NCBI GenBank assembly: GCA_023231475.1 | Contig: JALJEE010002335.1 | Coordinates: forward strand, 1-64,000 | DNA from: Seison nebaliae | Taxonomy: Eukaryota | Direction of reading: 5' to 3' | DNA: 64,000 nucleotides | In this document: positions 25,501 through 37,229 of the stretch, piece after piece | How positions within the stretch are numbered: the stretch's first letter is position 1 | Layout of the letters: every line of letters starts with the position of its first letter | Position numbers and translations under genes: made by a program | The notes under the pieces: model-generated | Seen by the model: the letters and a program-made list of their open reading frames with translations, nothing else | What the model was told of the DNA's origin: nothing | The model's database searches: none

Positions 25501-27421
25501 CGAATTAATTCCAATAAAAAAGAAGAGACCACGATCATCACGATCGTATAAGAAACTACGACGAATATCATCCAATTTAAATTGAACAATTAATGATGTT
25601 GATTCAATATTGTTGACAATGGGAAATTCTGGTTGAATATCGAACAATAATTGAGTCTTCTCATTCACTAATTCCTCATTTACTGATATGGTGATCGGCT
25701 TCAATTTCTGATGCCAAGCTAAACTCTCGTCATAATTGCTGACATAAAATGCAGGAATTCGAATATGTGTTACAAAGATCTTTTTATAAATTTCATTTTG
25801 ATCATCAGAAATTGCATCTTCAAAAACTTGAATCCAAAAATTCAATTGATTAATCATTTGAGAATCATCAGTGGTTAAATTGTCGTCATGTGACCATGCA
25901 TATTTAATGAGAATAATATTACTCATGACATAATGAAGGAAGTAAATTGGACAATTGATGTGAAATAATCGTTGTAATGGTGGCAATGCACTTTCATAAT
26001 TTTTCAATAATAGATTGATTTCAAATAAGATTGCTAAATGTTCAAAACTTTTCATCTCCTCAAACTTCCCTTGTTTACCCACTAACATCTCAATTCCACC
26101 AACTATTGATTCGATTTAAAATTTTTAAATTTAATTAAAATTATTTAAATTAAAAGAAAAACTAACCAATTTGTACTATAATTTCATCTGTAATTTTTGC
26201 CTCTTTTCCAGCTACTAAGAGAATGGCATAATTCAAACCAACATATTCTGTCGACTTCGCCTGATATCCAGTTCGATACCATTTCAATGATTCTTTCAAC
26301 GATAATTCATCTGTCATCTTTGAATCGAGAAATTTCTCCTTATAAATACAACCCAATAAAGTGAAGACGATTGGACAAACCATATTGTGTGCACAAGTCC
26401 TCGTCAATTCTAAACAAACGTCTAAAGCTTCTTCTCGATCTTCCGAATGTTTCTTTCTTCTTATGAGAGCTTTTGCATAAATTGCCTGAATACGTTCAGC
26501 TTTTATGAGTCTTGTACCATTTCTAACAGAACGAAATTCTCGAACTAATTTCACAATCGAATCATGATCATTCATCACATCATAAATTAGAATAATATTA
26601 AATATGACATCGATTTCCATTCGATCGGCACAAGTCAATCGATTCTTAATCAGATTCAATTCTTTTAATAATCTCCGAGAATCATTCTTATGTTTTTCAC
26701 GAATTCGTCTCAATTGCGCCAATATTCGACTGACATGATGAGATTTGATATCGAATCGAACATTTCTCAAATATTCCGTCAAACATCTCACTACTGTCAC
26801 GTGGTTGTCTTTGTTCGATGTGAGTCGATTAAATAAAGACGTTTCGGGATAAACGGAACAAAATCGAATTTTTGATTTAATCTTTTTCGAATTTGCTGAT
26901 TTCTTTCGACCAGTTAATGGAGATAATGCAACTGGTGTATAATAAGCATATTCGATTAATTGAATGGGTAATTCTTTGAAAGAATCTTTTAAGGAATCGA
27001 TCGTTGCTTTGGAACAGATACTTGTGGCACTGACTTTCGGTGAAATGAAACAAAGTGAATTAATGAAAATGATATCTGATAATTTCGTCTTATTATTCTC
27101 TTTTGTTCTCGTACTAATGTGGAAGATTAATTGCTTCCGAACTTCACTATGCGACAAATCAGCAATGACAATATCGGAGTTGTGAAAAGTGTCTAAAATT
27201 TCAGTTTTGGTAAAGTCTAAAGATCGATGATCCAATTCATGAAGTTTCACATCCAACGAATTAGTCGATTTCAAGATTAGTTCTTTCAATTCTTTCCTTG
27301 CTTCGATCTCAATCGATTGACCCAATTCCTCATCGATAATTAAACATATCTCCAATGAATCACAATTACCACTCGAAGAATTGTCGTTGGAATTATGTGA
27401 TAACGAATTCGTATAATTCAT
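22520..27421 (-). CDS. MAP3K5: ASK1-family MAP kinase kinase kinase (MAP3K5/6/15-like), 8 exons
   Basis: TPR-like central region (DREEAL, WYRTGY, GLNYAILL) and PH-like region. Kinase motifs LGRGAFGTV, IAVKEI, EEIRLHSKLKHKNIVKYLG, HRDLKGSN, DFGTSKRLAGIN, YMAPEVID. Spliced C-terminal SAM-like end (VCRLWHHILEMR). Seven GT-AG introns. Confidence 0.92.
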
Positions 27422-27878
27422 TTCTTTCTATGCATGATCATTCTTTTAATAATTCATCTCACTATACTCTCAATCTTTTCATTTCAACATATTTTCAAGA
27501 AAAGAAGAAAAAACAATTTCCAGTTATTATTCAGCAGAAAAAAAAGAAATTCGATATGATGAACTAAAGAATAACAAATTAATTTATTTTAAAAATGACA
27601 AAACAGAAATGTTATTCTTAACAAAAAAGAGATTTCATGATAAAAATTAATTTTTAATTTTATAATTATGAAAAAATGAGGATCAAATTTTCATCATGAA
27701 AATCATATAAATAAGTAAATAAATAAAAGAATGGGCGTTGATATGAAAACGTAAAGATTATGCAATTCTTCGATCGTATTGCAAACATTCCATTTTTGTA
27801 AAATTTTATAATCCGGTTATATCCACTTAGTTTTCCGCATTATTATTTGTTTTATTCCAATCTTAATTAATTCACTTA

Positions 27879-28329
27879 TGTAACCCGAATGGCTTAGAGG
27901 AAGGAAAGAGATGGCGAAACAAATAAAAGGAAAAAAGTTGGTATGAAAGATGGGGAGCAATGTAAAAAGATGAAAGGAGAAATATAAGGAGGAAGCTTTT
28001 AGATTTTTAATATCAAAAGTTTAGAAAGAATATATCTATTTTCTTTATTATGTATTATTATTCTTGTATTTCTCCAAATTCTTATTTTATTATTTATTTT
28101 TTTCTATTTGACAATAATCATTAACACAATGTACTGTAAAGCAAATTCTTAAAATTTGTACATCAAATATTATTTTTTATCGAAAAACTAATTTAAATCT
28201 TGAGAAACAAAGTAGAATATTTGAAGCACAATTATCAATAACATATTTACAATTTTTAGAAATTTACTTAATTTACTTTATTTGTATTTTTAAATATTTA
28301 TTTCAATTTACTATCCAAAATTTGTTACA
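27879..28329 (+). mobile_element. Possible LTR remnant
   Basis: Bounded by the 6-bp inverted termini TGTAAC...GTTACA, with a purine-rich first half and a TATAAG. It lies just upstream of a gag-like fragment. No target-site duplication and no clean PBS. Confidence 0.3.
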
Positions 28330-28367
28330 ATATTCTGGATAATTTGGGTTATTGATAATAAAATTAA

Positions 28368-28915
28368 TTGAAACATTCCTTCACCACGCGCAAGGAACCG
28401 GGAGACACATATATGCGATATTATCTTTTAATTAAAAGGTTAGCTATGAAAGCATTCCCGGAAATGATAGGCACTATGCATATGACACATGCCATGAATC
28501 AGAAATTCCTCGCATCGATACAGGATCAAACAATAATAGATCATTTGGCTGGGAAACAAATTACCGAAAAATCAGAATTTAAGGACATTATGGATGGTAT
28601 AAAGGAAATAAAAGAGACGGAATAGTTGAAAAAGACAATTTACAAAAACCAGACTGAAGAACTGGATATTTTAAAGATCAAGGAGAAAACTATAAAACTC
28701 GAGGAAGAAAATGTTGATGAAAACAAACAGGAAACACCAAAAGAAAAGGTACAACAAAAATTATCGGAAGAGTTACCATGGTGGAAAAGTCCAGAAAATA
28801 TTAACGTTCAACGAATTTCAAATCAGAATAATCAAGTTCACGGAAATGCGAGAGATTGGAATTATGGAATTCAGAAGAACTGGTATCAACAAAACCCTCA
28901 TAATCAAAACTTTGC
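28368..28915 (+). mobile_element. Degenerate Ty3/Gypsy-type gag fragment
   Basis: KEPGDTYMRYYLLIKRLAMKAFP...QKFLASIQDQTIIDHL resembles the gag capsid C-lobe pattern. There is an in-frame TAG at 28623-28625. Confidence 0.55.
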
Positions 28916-29337
28916 TTCACTTCGATATCCGTGATGCCCTCAGTTATTTTCTCTATTGTCAAGTTGTCTCTGTCCTCTTTCGTATATTTCGTTAGAGCTT
29001 CTTCCGCGGTTGTCTTTGCCCGATGAAAAAAATCGACCAATGTTTCATTCGACCATTGCCGCAACTCGCTAAATTCCTTCAACACCTCGAATCGTGTTTT
29101 GCTCGTTTTTTGACGACTCTCGATTCCTTGACAAACTTCTTCGTAAGTTAGTTGATGGTAGTTGTTGCGGTAAATCTCCATATATTCTTTTTCGACTTTC
29201 TCTGATAAGAACAAAAGAATATAATTACTATTGTCTTCATCGATCCTGGAGACTCTACAGAAAATATCGAATTTTCGTTTCCAATCTTTGAACTCCGAAC
29301 TTTTCCAATTCGATAAACATGATACTATGAAATTCAT
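28801..29337 (-). mobile_element. Ty3/Gypsy-type gag capsid-like ORF (178 aa)
   Basis: FKDWKRKFDIFC...LLFLSEKV...TYEEV...EFSELRQWSNETLVDFFHR...EKITEGITDIEVKQ matches the retrotransposon gag pattern. The last ~40 codons overlap the opposite-strand fragment. Confidence 0.7.
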
Positions 29338-29392
29338 AAGGAACTTTGGACTAGTCTTTTCCTAATTGAAGTAAAACACGCATAATTTTCAT

Positions 29393-29726
29393 ATGACTAA
29401 ATCAAAAAAAGTAAGTCAAGATTTACAATCAGCAATTTTACAGGCCTATGAAGACGACATAACTATGAAGGGGTTCGAAGGAATTAGGTGTCTCTTTGGC
29501 CACAGTGGGACGAATTTGTAAAAGCGGAAAGGTAACGCCTGATCGAAGAAAAGAAAATTTGGGTCGCCCCTCGCTCATAAACCGACGAACAAAACTAAAA
29601 ATTAAGAAATTTATATTCGGTATCCGCCATTCTAACGTGAAAGCCGTTATGGACCGGTTCGATTTAGAACATTCGAAAACGACAATTTGTCGAATTAAAT
29701 TTGAGTCGAAAGAAATGAAGGAGTAG
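29393..29726 (+). mobile_element. Tc1/Tc3-like transposase N-terminal (paired-like HTH) remnant, frameshifted
   Basis: ATG 29393 MTKSKKVSQDLQSAILQAY, a frameshift, then ELGVSLATVGRICK...LGRPSLINRR...SKTTICRI (HTH, GRP linker, second HTH). No left TIR is visible. Confidence 0.75.
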
Positions 29727-30200
29727 CCTCATAGTACGTATAATGCTAATTGAAGAAAGTTATGAGCATTTAGAAAAAATCGACTACTTTTGATTACAGC
29801 TCTATAATGTCAAGAATCTGAAAATTGTGCAATTTAATTGGTAAATTTTACAGATCAAATTCAGATACCGATTTTATATAGTTTTCTTTATTGTTGTTGA
29901 TAAATTACCGATAAATTTGTGAGAATTTCGAGAGCGGATAAATTTGTGTATTTATAATATAATATGTCATTAATACAACCTTAAATGTCTTTGTGAAATT
30001 TATACTACCACTATGCAAATTATGCATTCATACTAACAAAACTAATTATATAAGGGGAAACACAATAATTTGCTCCTCATGGTTTAACATTGTATTGTAA
30101 CAATTAAATTTCTCAAAGAAAAAAATATCAAAATTAAAATATTGTAAAAATGCAGTTCTTTTGAATATCGGTTTACATGATCTTTTTATATGAACATCTA

Positions 30201-31615
30201 TTATGTTTCAGCTGAAATGGAATGATGGAACGATGATGAACATTTGTGAGGTTTTTTAGAAGGAGCTACGATATCATATTTATCTCGATTGACGCAGAGT
30301 AAAGGAGCCGATTCTTTCATAAATCCATTTTTACAGAATACTTTATCACTTAATAGTACTTTTGTACTATTAATACACTCATATTCGATATATCCACCGT
30401 TGCCCAAACCATGATTTCCTCTTTCTTTATCACCGTAATTCAACTTACGAATTCGTATTGTTTTTTCATCATAAGGATAAGTCCATGGATTTTCACAAGT
30501 CCTTTTCTGCAATTTCCTTATCTTAATATTTGCCGCAGTCGTCGCTTTTACCTTACAGATCAAAGGTTCCTTTTTTTCCCACTTTTTATTCGTACAATAC
30601 ACTTTGTCATTTTCCAACTCTTTCGAAGAATCATGGCAAGCAAATTGAATATATCCACCATCACTTATCGCTGAATTCCCAGGCATTTTCACACCATATT
30701 CCAATTTAATGATTTTTACTTCTTTAACATCATAATGATAAGATGAAGGTGGTCCGCATGACTTCTCACTTGATTGATGGTCTTCTGATTTCGTCTTACA
30801 CGATAAAGGTCCACTTTCCTCAAATTGACCATCCCTACAATATACTTTATTCTTTTCCAATGTCGCTAAAGGATTTTTGCAAGTAAATTGAATATATCCA
30901 CCATCACCTATCCCTGGGGTTCCTGGTATTTTCACACCATATTCTAATTTAATAATTTGTACTTCTCTAGCATCATAAGGAAGGGTTGAAAATGATTTGC
31001 ATGGTTTTTTGATTGATTGATGGTCCTTTGATTTTTTCTTACACGACAAGGGTCCACTTTCCTCAAATTGACCATCCCTACAATATACTTTATCATTTTC
31101 CAACACTATTGAACGATCTTTGCATTCTAATTGAATATAACCACCTTCACCCATCCCTGGATTTCCTGGTATTTTTGGACCGTATTTCACTCTGAAAACC
31201 CTTAGTTCGTTGCGATCATAAGAATACGACCATGGTGATCCGCATAACTTTCCGGTCGATGAAATAGCTGTTGCTTTTTGTGTATTCTCGCATAATAATG
31301 GACCACTTTCTTCCATTCTACCATTTCTACAGAATACTTTATCATTTTTTAACCCTTTTGTAGGATCGTTGCAAGCAAATGTTAAATACCCCCCGTCACT
31401 TATTCCAGGAATTCCTCTCTGTCCCGGTCCATATTCCATTTTAGTTATCTTTATGTATCTCCGATTATAAGGATATAACCATGGTGATTTGCAATTTGTC
31501 GCATCTTATAAAAGCAAAGAGTTAAACAAAAAATAATATTGTTTATAGTAGTAGACTAACAGGTCGCTTTGATGAATATACAAACTATTGGGAGTAAAGT
31601 TGTTAAAATATACAT
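30201..31615 (-). CDS. Secreted protein with five tandem 4-Cys sushi/CCP-like repeats (paralog A), 2 exons
   Basis: Exon 1 (31561-31615) encodes the signal peptide MYILTTLLPIVCIFIKATYA. Phase-1 intron 31505-31560. Repeat consensus C-x2-PW-x-YPY...YG...GGYI-x-F-x-C...L-x2-DKV-x-C-x2-G-x2-E-x2-PL-x-C. Confidence 0.88.
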
Positions 31616-32789
31616 TTCCTTCAACTACATTTGTCTGAAATATTGCTCAGTGTATAAATACTTACTTTCTGGCAAAGAGTTGTTATTGATGGTCGTCCAT
31701 TACTTCATCATTGAAATTCCTTTTAATGATTGTTTATCATCCTAAAGCATATGTTCCATTCTTTGTGCATATTTCAATCGATTAATCGTTCAATAACAAT
31801 CATCATATTTGGTCTTAAAATATTTTTATAATTATTATTTGCGTTGAATATTGTTATTCGGGTAATTTCACAGTTGTATAACAAATTTGAACAAAAAAAT
31901 TAAAAAACAATAGCTAAATTTATTATTTGCTTAATATTTCTGCTTACCAAATTCTTAATACTGTATTATTACATTGGTATAAATTATAGTACAATATTAC
32001 ATACTAGTATAAGATAAAAATAGATTATTCATATGTTATAAACTTTTCAATAATTCCAATATAATATTCTTAATTTTGAGTTAAAAATCCAAATCTCTAT
32101 TTTATGAGATTTATTTTTAGGAAAAATACTTTCAAATAATCTGAATGATAATGGTTTAATAGATTTTGGAAACTTTTTCCCAAATTTATTAAAATAATTT
32201 GTCAAGTAATAATAAACAAATACAAAATTTGATGATTGAAAGAATACCTAATCACCTAAAAATACGAGACACCATTTCGAATATTATCTTCCTATTTGAT
32301 AGGTATTTTCCAATTTAATCTAGTACCATCATCTGGGGGCAATGTGGAGCATAATGGGAAACGAAAAATCTCTAGTTGAAAATGGTGATTGTTTATTTGT
32401 TAACTCTAACAATTTTTAACGACAACTTGAATGATGATTTGGAAGTATTTGAAGTATCTATATAAATATTAAAAAATTGTTTTATCATCACAACAACAAA
32501 AAAATGGGCTATTTTTGTCTAGTATAAAACTATTAATAGAAAAGCTAAATGTTTTCGAAAAAATTCTGGATAAGAATGCACAGTAATTTTCATTATTCCC
32601 AGTGCTTTGGTGATTCTTTTCCTTTTCTTCATGTCCGAAAGAAACTCTCTAACTGAAGAGCTTCTCTATTTATAGAGATTCTATTATATATATGTATAAT
32701 AAATATTATATATTTTATCTGAGTTGTGAGATTCTTAGAAACTCTAAGAATCATCAGGTATTATAAATTTCCTTTCTATTTTATAGACC

Positions 32790-33509
32790 ATTCTTAAATG
32801 GAATACACTACTGAACAGTGATGATTCAGTGATGAAAAACGATTCTGTCTTTCAGAACCGGACGGAATGAATACCTATTGGAGACATGTTGACGATTCGA
32901 CGGAATTTCGGTATGTTGCCGGGGCGAAACATTATAAAAAATCAGTAATGATTTGGGGCGCCATTGGGGTCGGCTATAAATCGAAAATTATGCGAATAAA
33001 AGAAACGATGAACAACGAGAAATATATGAAAATGTTGCACGAATATTTTGTAGACGATCGTCGTGCCTTCTACGAAAATAAATTCACTTTCCAGCAGGAT
33101 AATGCTGCAATTCACAAATCAAGGGCTAGTCTAACTTATTTGGAAGAAGAAAATATGAAAATTTTGCCTCATCTGGCTCGGTCTCCCGATCTAAATCCGA
33201 TCGATAACGTTTGGGGAATATTGGTAGGTAAAGTTTCCGAAGAAGGGTGGGTTTTTAGAACCACCGGGATCTCTTCTCTAAAATTGAAGAAGAGTTGGAG
33301 AAAATGAACAACAATATAATAGAAAACTGTATATTATCAATACTATCAAGGCTGTTGGCGGTTGGAATGGAGCACGGAGGCTGGACGTCAAACTTAATTG
33401 TGTTTCATTTAAGTTTTTAAATTGTTTCATCTTTTTTGTCCAATAAAACTATGAATTTTGGCTTTTTACATTGAAAATGAGAGTTTCAACTTTTTTGTCC
33501 AATAGTGTA
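32790..33509 (+). mobile_element. Tc1/Tc3-like transposase catalytic half plus right terminal inverted repeat (IR/DR type), degenerate
   Basis: FSDEKRFCLSEPDG, VMIWGAIG, FQQDNAAIH, SPDLNPIDNVW and a frameshifted tail RLLAVGMEHGGWT. The end carries a direct repeat GTTTCA(T/A)CTTTTTTGTCCAATA at 33424 and 33483, then ...AGTG followed by TA. Confidence 0.88.
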
Positions 33510-33626
33510 GAACAAATCATAAAGAACAGGAAAAATATAATTTTCAAATTAAGTCAAATAGTTATTCAAGAAAATTGAACTTCTCGGTAAAATTAATAGT
33601 TTTAGTTATTTCAAATTTATAAATTA

Positions 33627-34515
33627 TTATTCTGCTATTTCTGGTTCAATTGTTGTTTCTGATTCTGCGGTTCCTTCAAGTCCAGTGGTGGTTTCCAATT
33701 CAGCCGTTGATTCACCTTCTGCTGCATAATCCATACCTGTTGTAGTTTCTTGATTAATGGCTTCCTCACTAGTAGTTGATTCATCTATAGCACTTGGTTC
33801 TTCGGCGGCTTGGGAGGCTTCTTCAGCATTTGGTTCCTCGGTAGCTTCAGATGCTTCTTCAGCACTTGGTTCTTCGGCGGCTTCGGAGGCTTCTTCAGCA
33901 CTTGGTTCTTCTGCAGCTTCAGATGCTTCTTCAGCAGTTGGTTCCTCGGTAGTTTCGAAGGCTTCTTCAGCACTTGGTTCTTCTACAGCTTCAGATGCTT
34001 CTTCAGCACTTGGTTCCTCGGTAGCTTCAGATGCTTCTTCAACAGTTGGTTCCTCGGTAGATTCAGATCCTTCTTCTGCACTTGGTTCTTCTGTAGCTTC
34101 AGATGCTTCTTCAGCAGTTGGTTCCTCGGTAGTTTCGGAGGCTTCTTCAGCACTTGGCTCTTCTGTAGGTTTTTCGGGACCATCTTTACAAATTAATGGG
34201 GCACCTTCTTCCATTATACCATCATTACAAACAACTTTATCGTCGTCAAGTATCTTTCCCTTTTCTTTGCACGCAAATTGTATGTAACCGCCTTTTCCGA
34301 TACCAAGTGTACCATTTTCTTTTTCTCCAACTTCCAATTTTATAAGTTTGACCTTTAGCCGATTATATGGGTAAAACCACGGTTCATAACAATTTTCCGC
34401 CTCTAAATAAACATCAAGATGGTAAATTGGTAAGCAGGTAAATTATAACATTATACTAACGAGCGAATTCAAGAAGTATAGAACTAAATGGTAACAGAAG
34501 TAATAAGAGATACAT
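33627..34515 (-). CDS. Secreted protein with one sushi/CCP-like domain and an acidic tandem-repeat tail (paralog B), 2 exons
   Basis: Exon 1 (34461-34515) encodes MYLLLLLLPFSSILLEFAQA. Phase-1 intron 34403-34460, the same structure as paralog A. Then CYEPWFYPY...GGYIQFAC...DKVVCNDG..EEGAPLIC and TEEPSAEEASEA repeats. Confidence 0.88.
33789..34166 (-). repeat. Coding minisatellite, 36-bp unit, about 10.5 copies
   Basis: Encodes (T/A)EEP(S/T)AEEASE(A/T). The unit is directly visible in DNA and protein. Confidence 0.95.
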
Positions 34516-37229
34516 TTCACTAACAAATTAATAAATTTCACTGTTTTGCTGATAGTTATTTATACATAAAACCTTCACAATGGTTGATCATAATTATTAT
34601 TGATCTCTCTATTAAATTCTATTTAGGTTAGTTGTTTACCGATCAAAAATTATTTTCATCATCGCTTCTATTCGAAAACTAATTTTTTTCTAATTTAGTC
34701 ATTTGGTTTTTTTAGGGTACGGATTAAGTGCATGATAATTGTTAAATATTAATTTTATTATACAAATAATGGGCACTTAAATTGCAGTCTGATTGTTTGT
34801 TAAAAAATAACTTTATATTCCTAAGCAAATATTGGTGAAGTCATTACCATTTATTGTTACATAAAATCTGCTTATTTGATTGATTCTTTTTGCTCGGTAA
34901 AATGATGCAAAATTGGAAATTTAAGATGTACGTCTCTTATCTTTCGAATGTATGTGTTACCTATTTTCCAATTGTTCAAAGTGTGTGCATGAAACAAATA
35001 TGAAAAATGTTGAAACAAACCATCTGTGAAAGAATTAAAGAATAATGTTAGAATTAAAGAAAATTATTGATAGAAAAGTTCCCCTAAGGAAACGAAATAA
35101 ACGGATGACAATACACAGTTAAATTTGACTTACGTTAAACAAAATTTTTCGGGAAAATCACTAGAAGCGATAAGCGTTTCATCCATATATTGTCTGTTTT
35201 TGATGTCATTGATGTCGTCATGTTCTAAAATAAAATCATATGTAAAATTCACTACTTTATTTAATTGACTTTCTTCACCTAATATAATGACCACTGATTG
35301 TGTTTGATGTGTTTCAAGAACACTGGACTTTTATTTTTAATTTAATTTGATGATTATTTTTCATTATTATTGAGATTGTTCCATTGTAATCTTATAAAAC
35401 CGTTAGAAAGAACATAAAATGCATAGATTCTTCAAAAATTATGTAACATTATGTCTTACTAATTGTTAATATATTTTAATTAAACTATGTTTATCCCCGA
35501 AAATCATAATTGAGATACTACATACAGTTTTGTAAAAGAATAATTGTTTTTTTTTCAATTTAAGAAATAAGTAAATAAACAAAGACAACAGATAAATATT
35601 CCAATTACTTGCCAATTACTATGTTCGATGAGATATTAATCTAGGATATTTAGAATGAAAGATCAAAATAAATTCAAAAAGTATGCTTTTTTCTCTAAAC
35701 TAAATTGCAGGTACATGACATTTATATTCATCCTATTAACTTCATCTTTTAAACCTAGTTAGACTATATGTCAACGTTAACCGCATTTCCATCTGACGTG
35801 ATAGAAAGCAAACTATACTCGGAGTATTTTTTGTATCCTTCGTTTTCTCCTTCGCAAAACGGATAGCTGGCAAAGGGAAATATCTGGAATTATTTCATTT
35901 ATTAAAAGGGATATAAAGTACACCATTTCCATTCGCACTTCGTATCCCCATCACTAATATAAAGAGAAGGAATGCTTTGCTTTTTTGTCTTTCATGCTAA
36001 CTGGACATAGTTTTTGTGGAAAATTGAAACGGATTTCGACGAAACAATTCATTATCTAGAAACTAATTTATTACAATTATAACTTTAACTTTATTATGAA
36101 AATTCCTATCTTTAGTTTCATCACAATGAGGTACAATTAATTAATGCATTTTTTTGGTTGACGAAATCAAAGTTTATTTATTTTTCCATCAATATTTTAT
36201 TTAGAATGAGGGAAAGTTAGTATTACTAACTGCTAGTTGTTTACTAACTGAGTAACTCGTTAGTATCATGGAATGTTTTATTTGTACTCCGACTTACTAT
36301 GGTTCTGTATTCTCAAACTGCGTCAGAAATTTTTTCCAAACTATAAAGAAAACTCATGTTCTCATTGGATTCATAGATTTTTCGCAAATGACATTTTTTG
36401 AATAAATACAATTATGCAGTTTTTAATTTATTATTGAGTACATTACTTTACTTATCTCTCTAATACGGAATAATCGAGTCAAGAAAATCGGCAAAAAATA
36501 TTTCTTTCGTTCTGGATTGTATTAGGTTTCATCCTGTTTTTTTGGTTGTTTTCTTTATTTAGGGATGATTTCGAGAAATTTAATGACACTCTCTTATTTA
36601 TAAATTTATTTTGAGTCTTTCTCACAAGAATTAGTGAGGATGGACAAGTTGACCGTTACTAACTAGAGTGTACATTAGTCTTATGAGATAATAAGTGAAT
36701 TCTATTTTTTGCCATGTTCATAAGATCTTATATTTAAATTATCTAATATCCAATAGTTGTTCTAAGCATCTTATTGTCTAGGAATTAAGAAATTTTTCTT
36801 AAAATAAAAAATTAGTATTAAAAAAGAAGTTTGGGAGCAATAACAAATCTAAACAATTTTTAATCATAAAAATAACAATAAGAAACAATGAAATGGAAAA
36901 AGAGAAGGAAATAAATTTGAAGAAAAGCGTGGACAAGATAGTAGCGAAGACGGTGTCAATTGTCATGCTTCAACAATTTCAATCAATGGAAAATTTTTGT
37001 TCTTTGGTATTTATCTCACAAAAAAATAAAAATGAAATAAATATTGATCCGTATCATTCTTATGTGCATAAAGGAATTTCTTTTTTAAGAAATAAAGTTT
37101 TTTGAACTAATATTTATCTTGCTAACTTACTCTCCCAATTTCTTGAGATATAAAGCAGAAAATAAGAGAATTTACGAAAATGAAGAATTGTCTTTGACTT
37201 CACGAGAAATAAGGATATCCTTTAATGAA

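Noticed and set aside
32325..32790. Possible MITE end (CTGGGGGCAATGTGGAGC) and LTR-like hairpin/TATA segment next to the Tc1 half
   Set aside because: No matching second terminus or target-site duplication in the window.
33095..33210. Transposase third catalytic residue reads D (SPDLNPIDNVW; DD34D spacing) rather than E
   Set aside because: The context is Tc1-type and the copy carries stops and frameshifts, so a single-base decay is the simplest explanation.
33789..34166. 36-bp periodic array as a possible CRISPR
   Set aside because: No unique spacers, eukaryotic context, and it encodes an in-frame protein repeat.
33757..34287. Overlapping antisense and alternate-frame ORFs across the 36-bp repeat
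   Set aside because: These are shadows of a stop-poor coding minisatellite.
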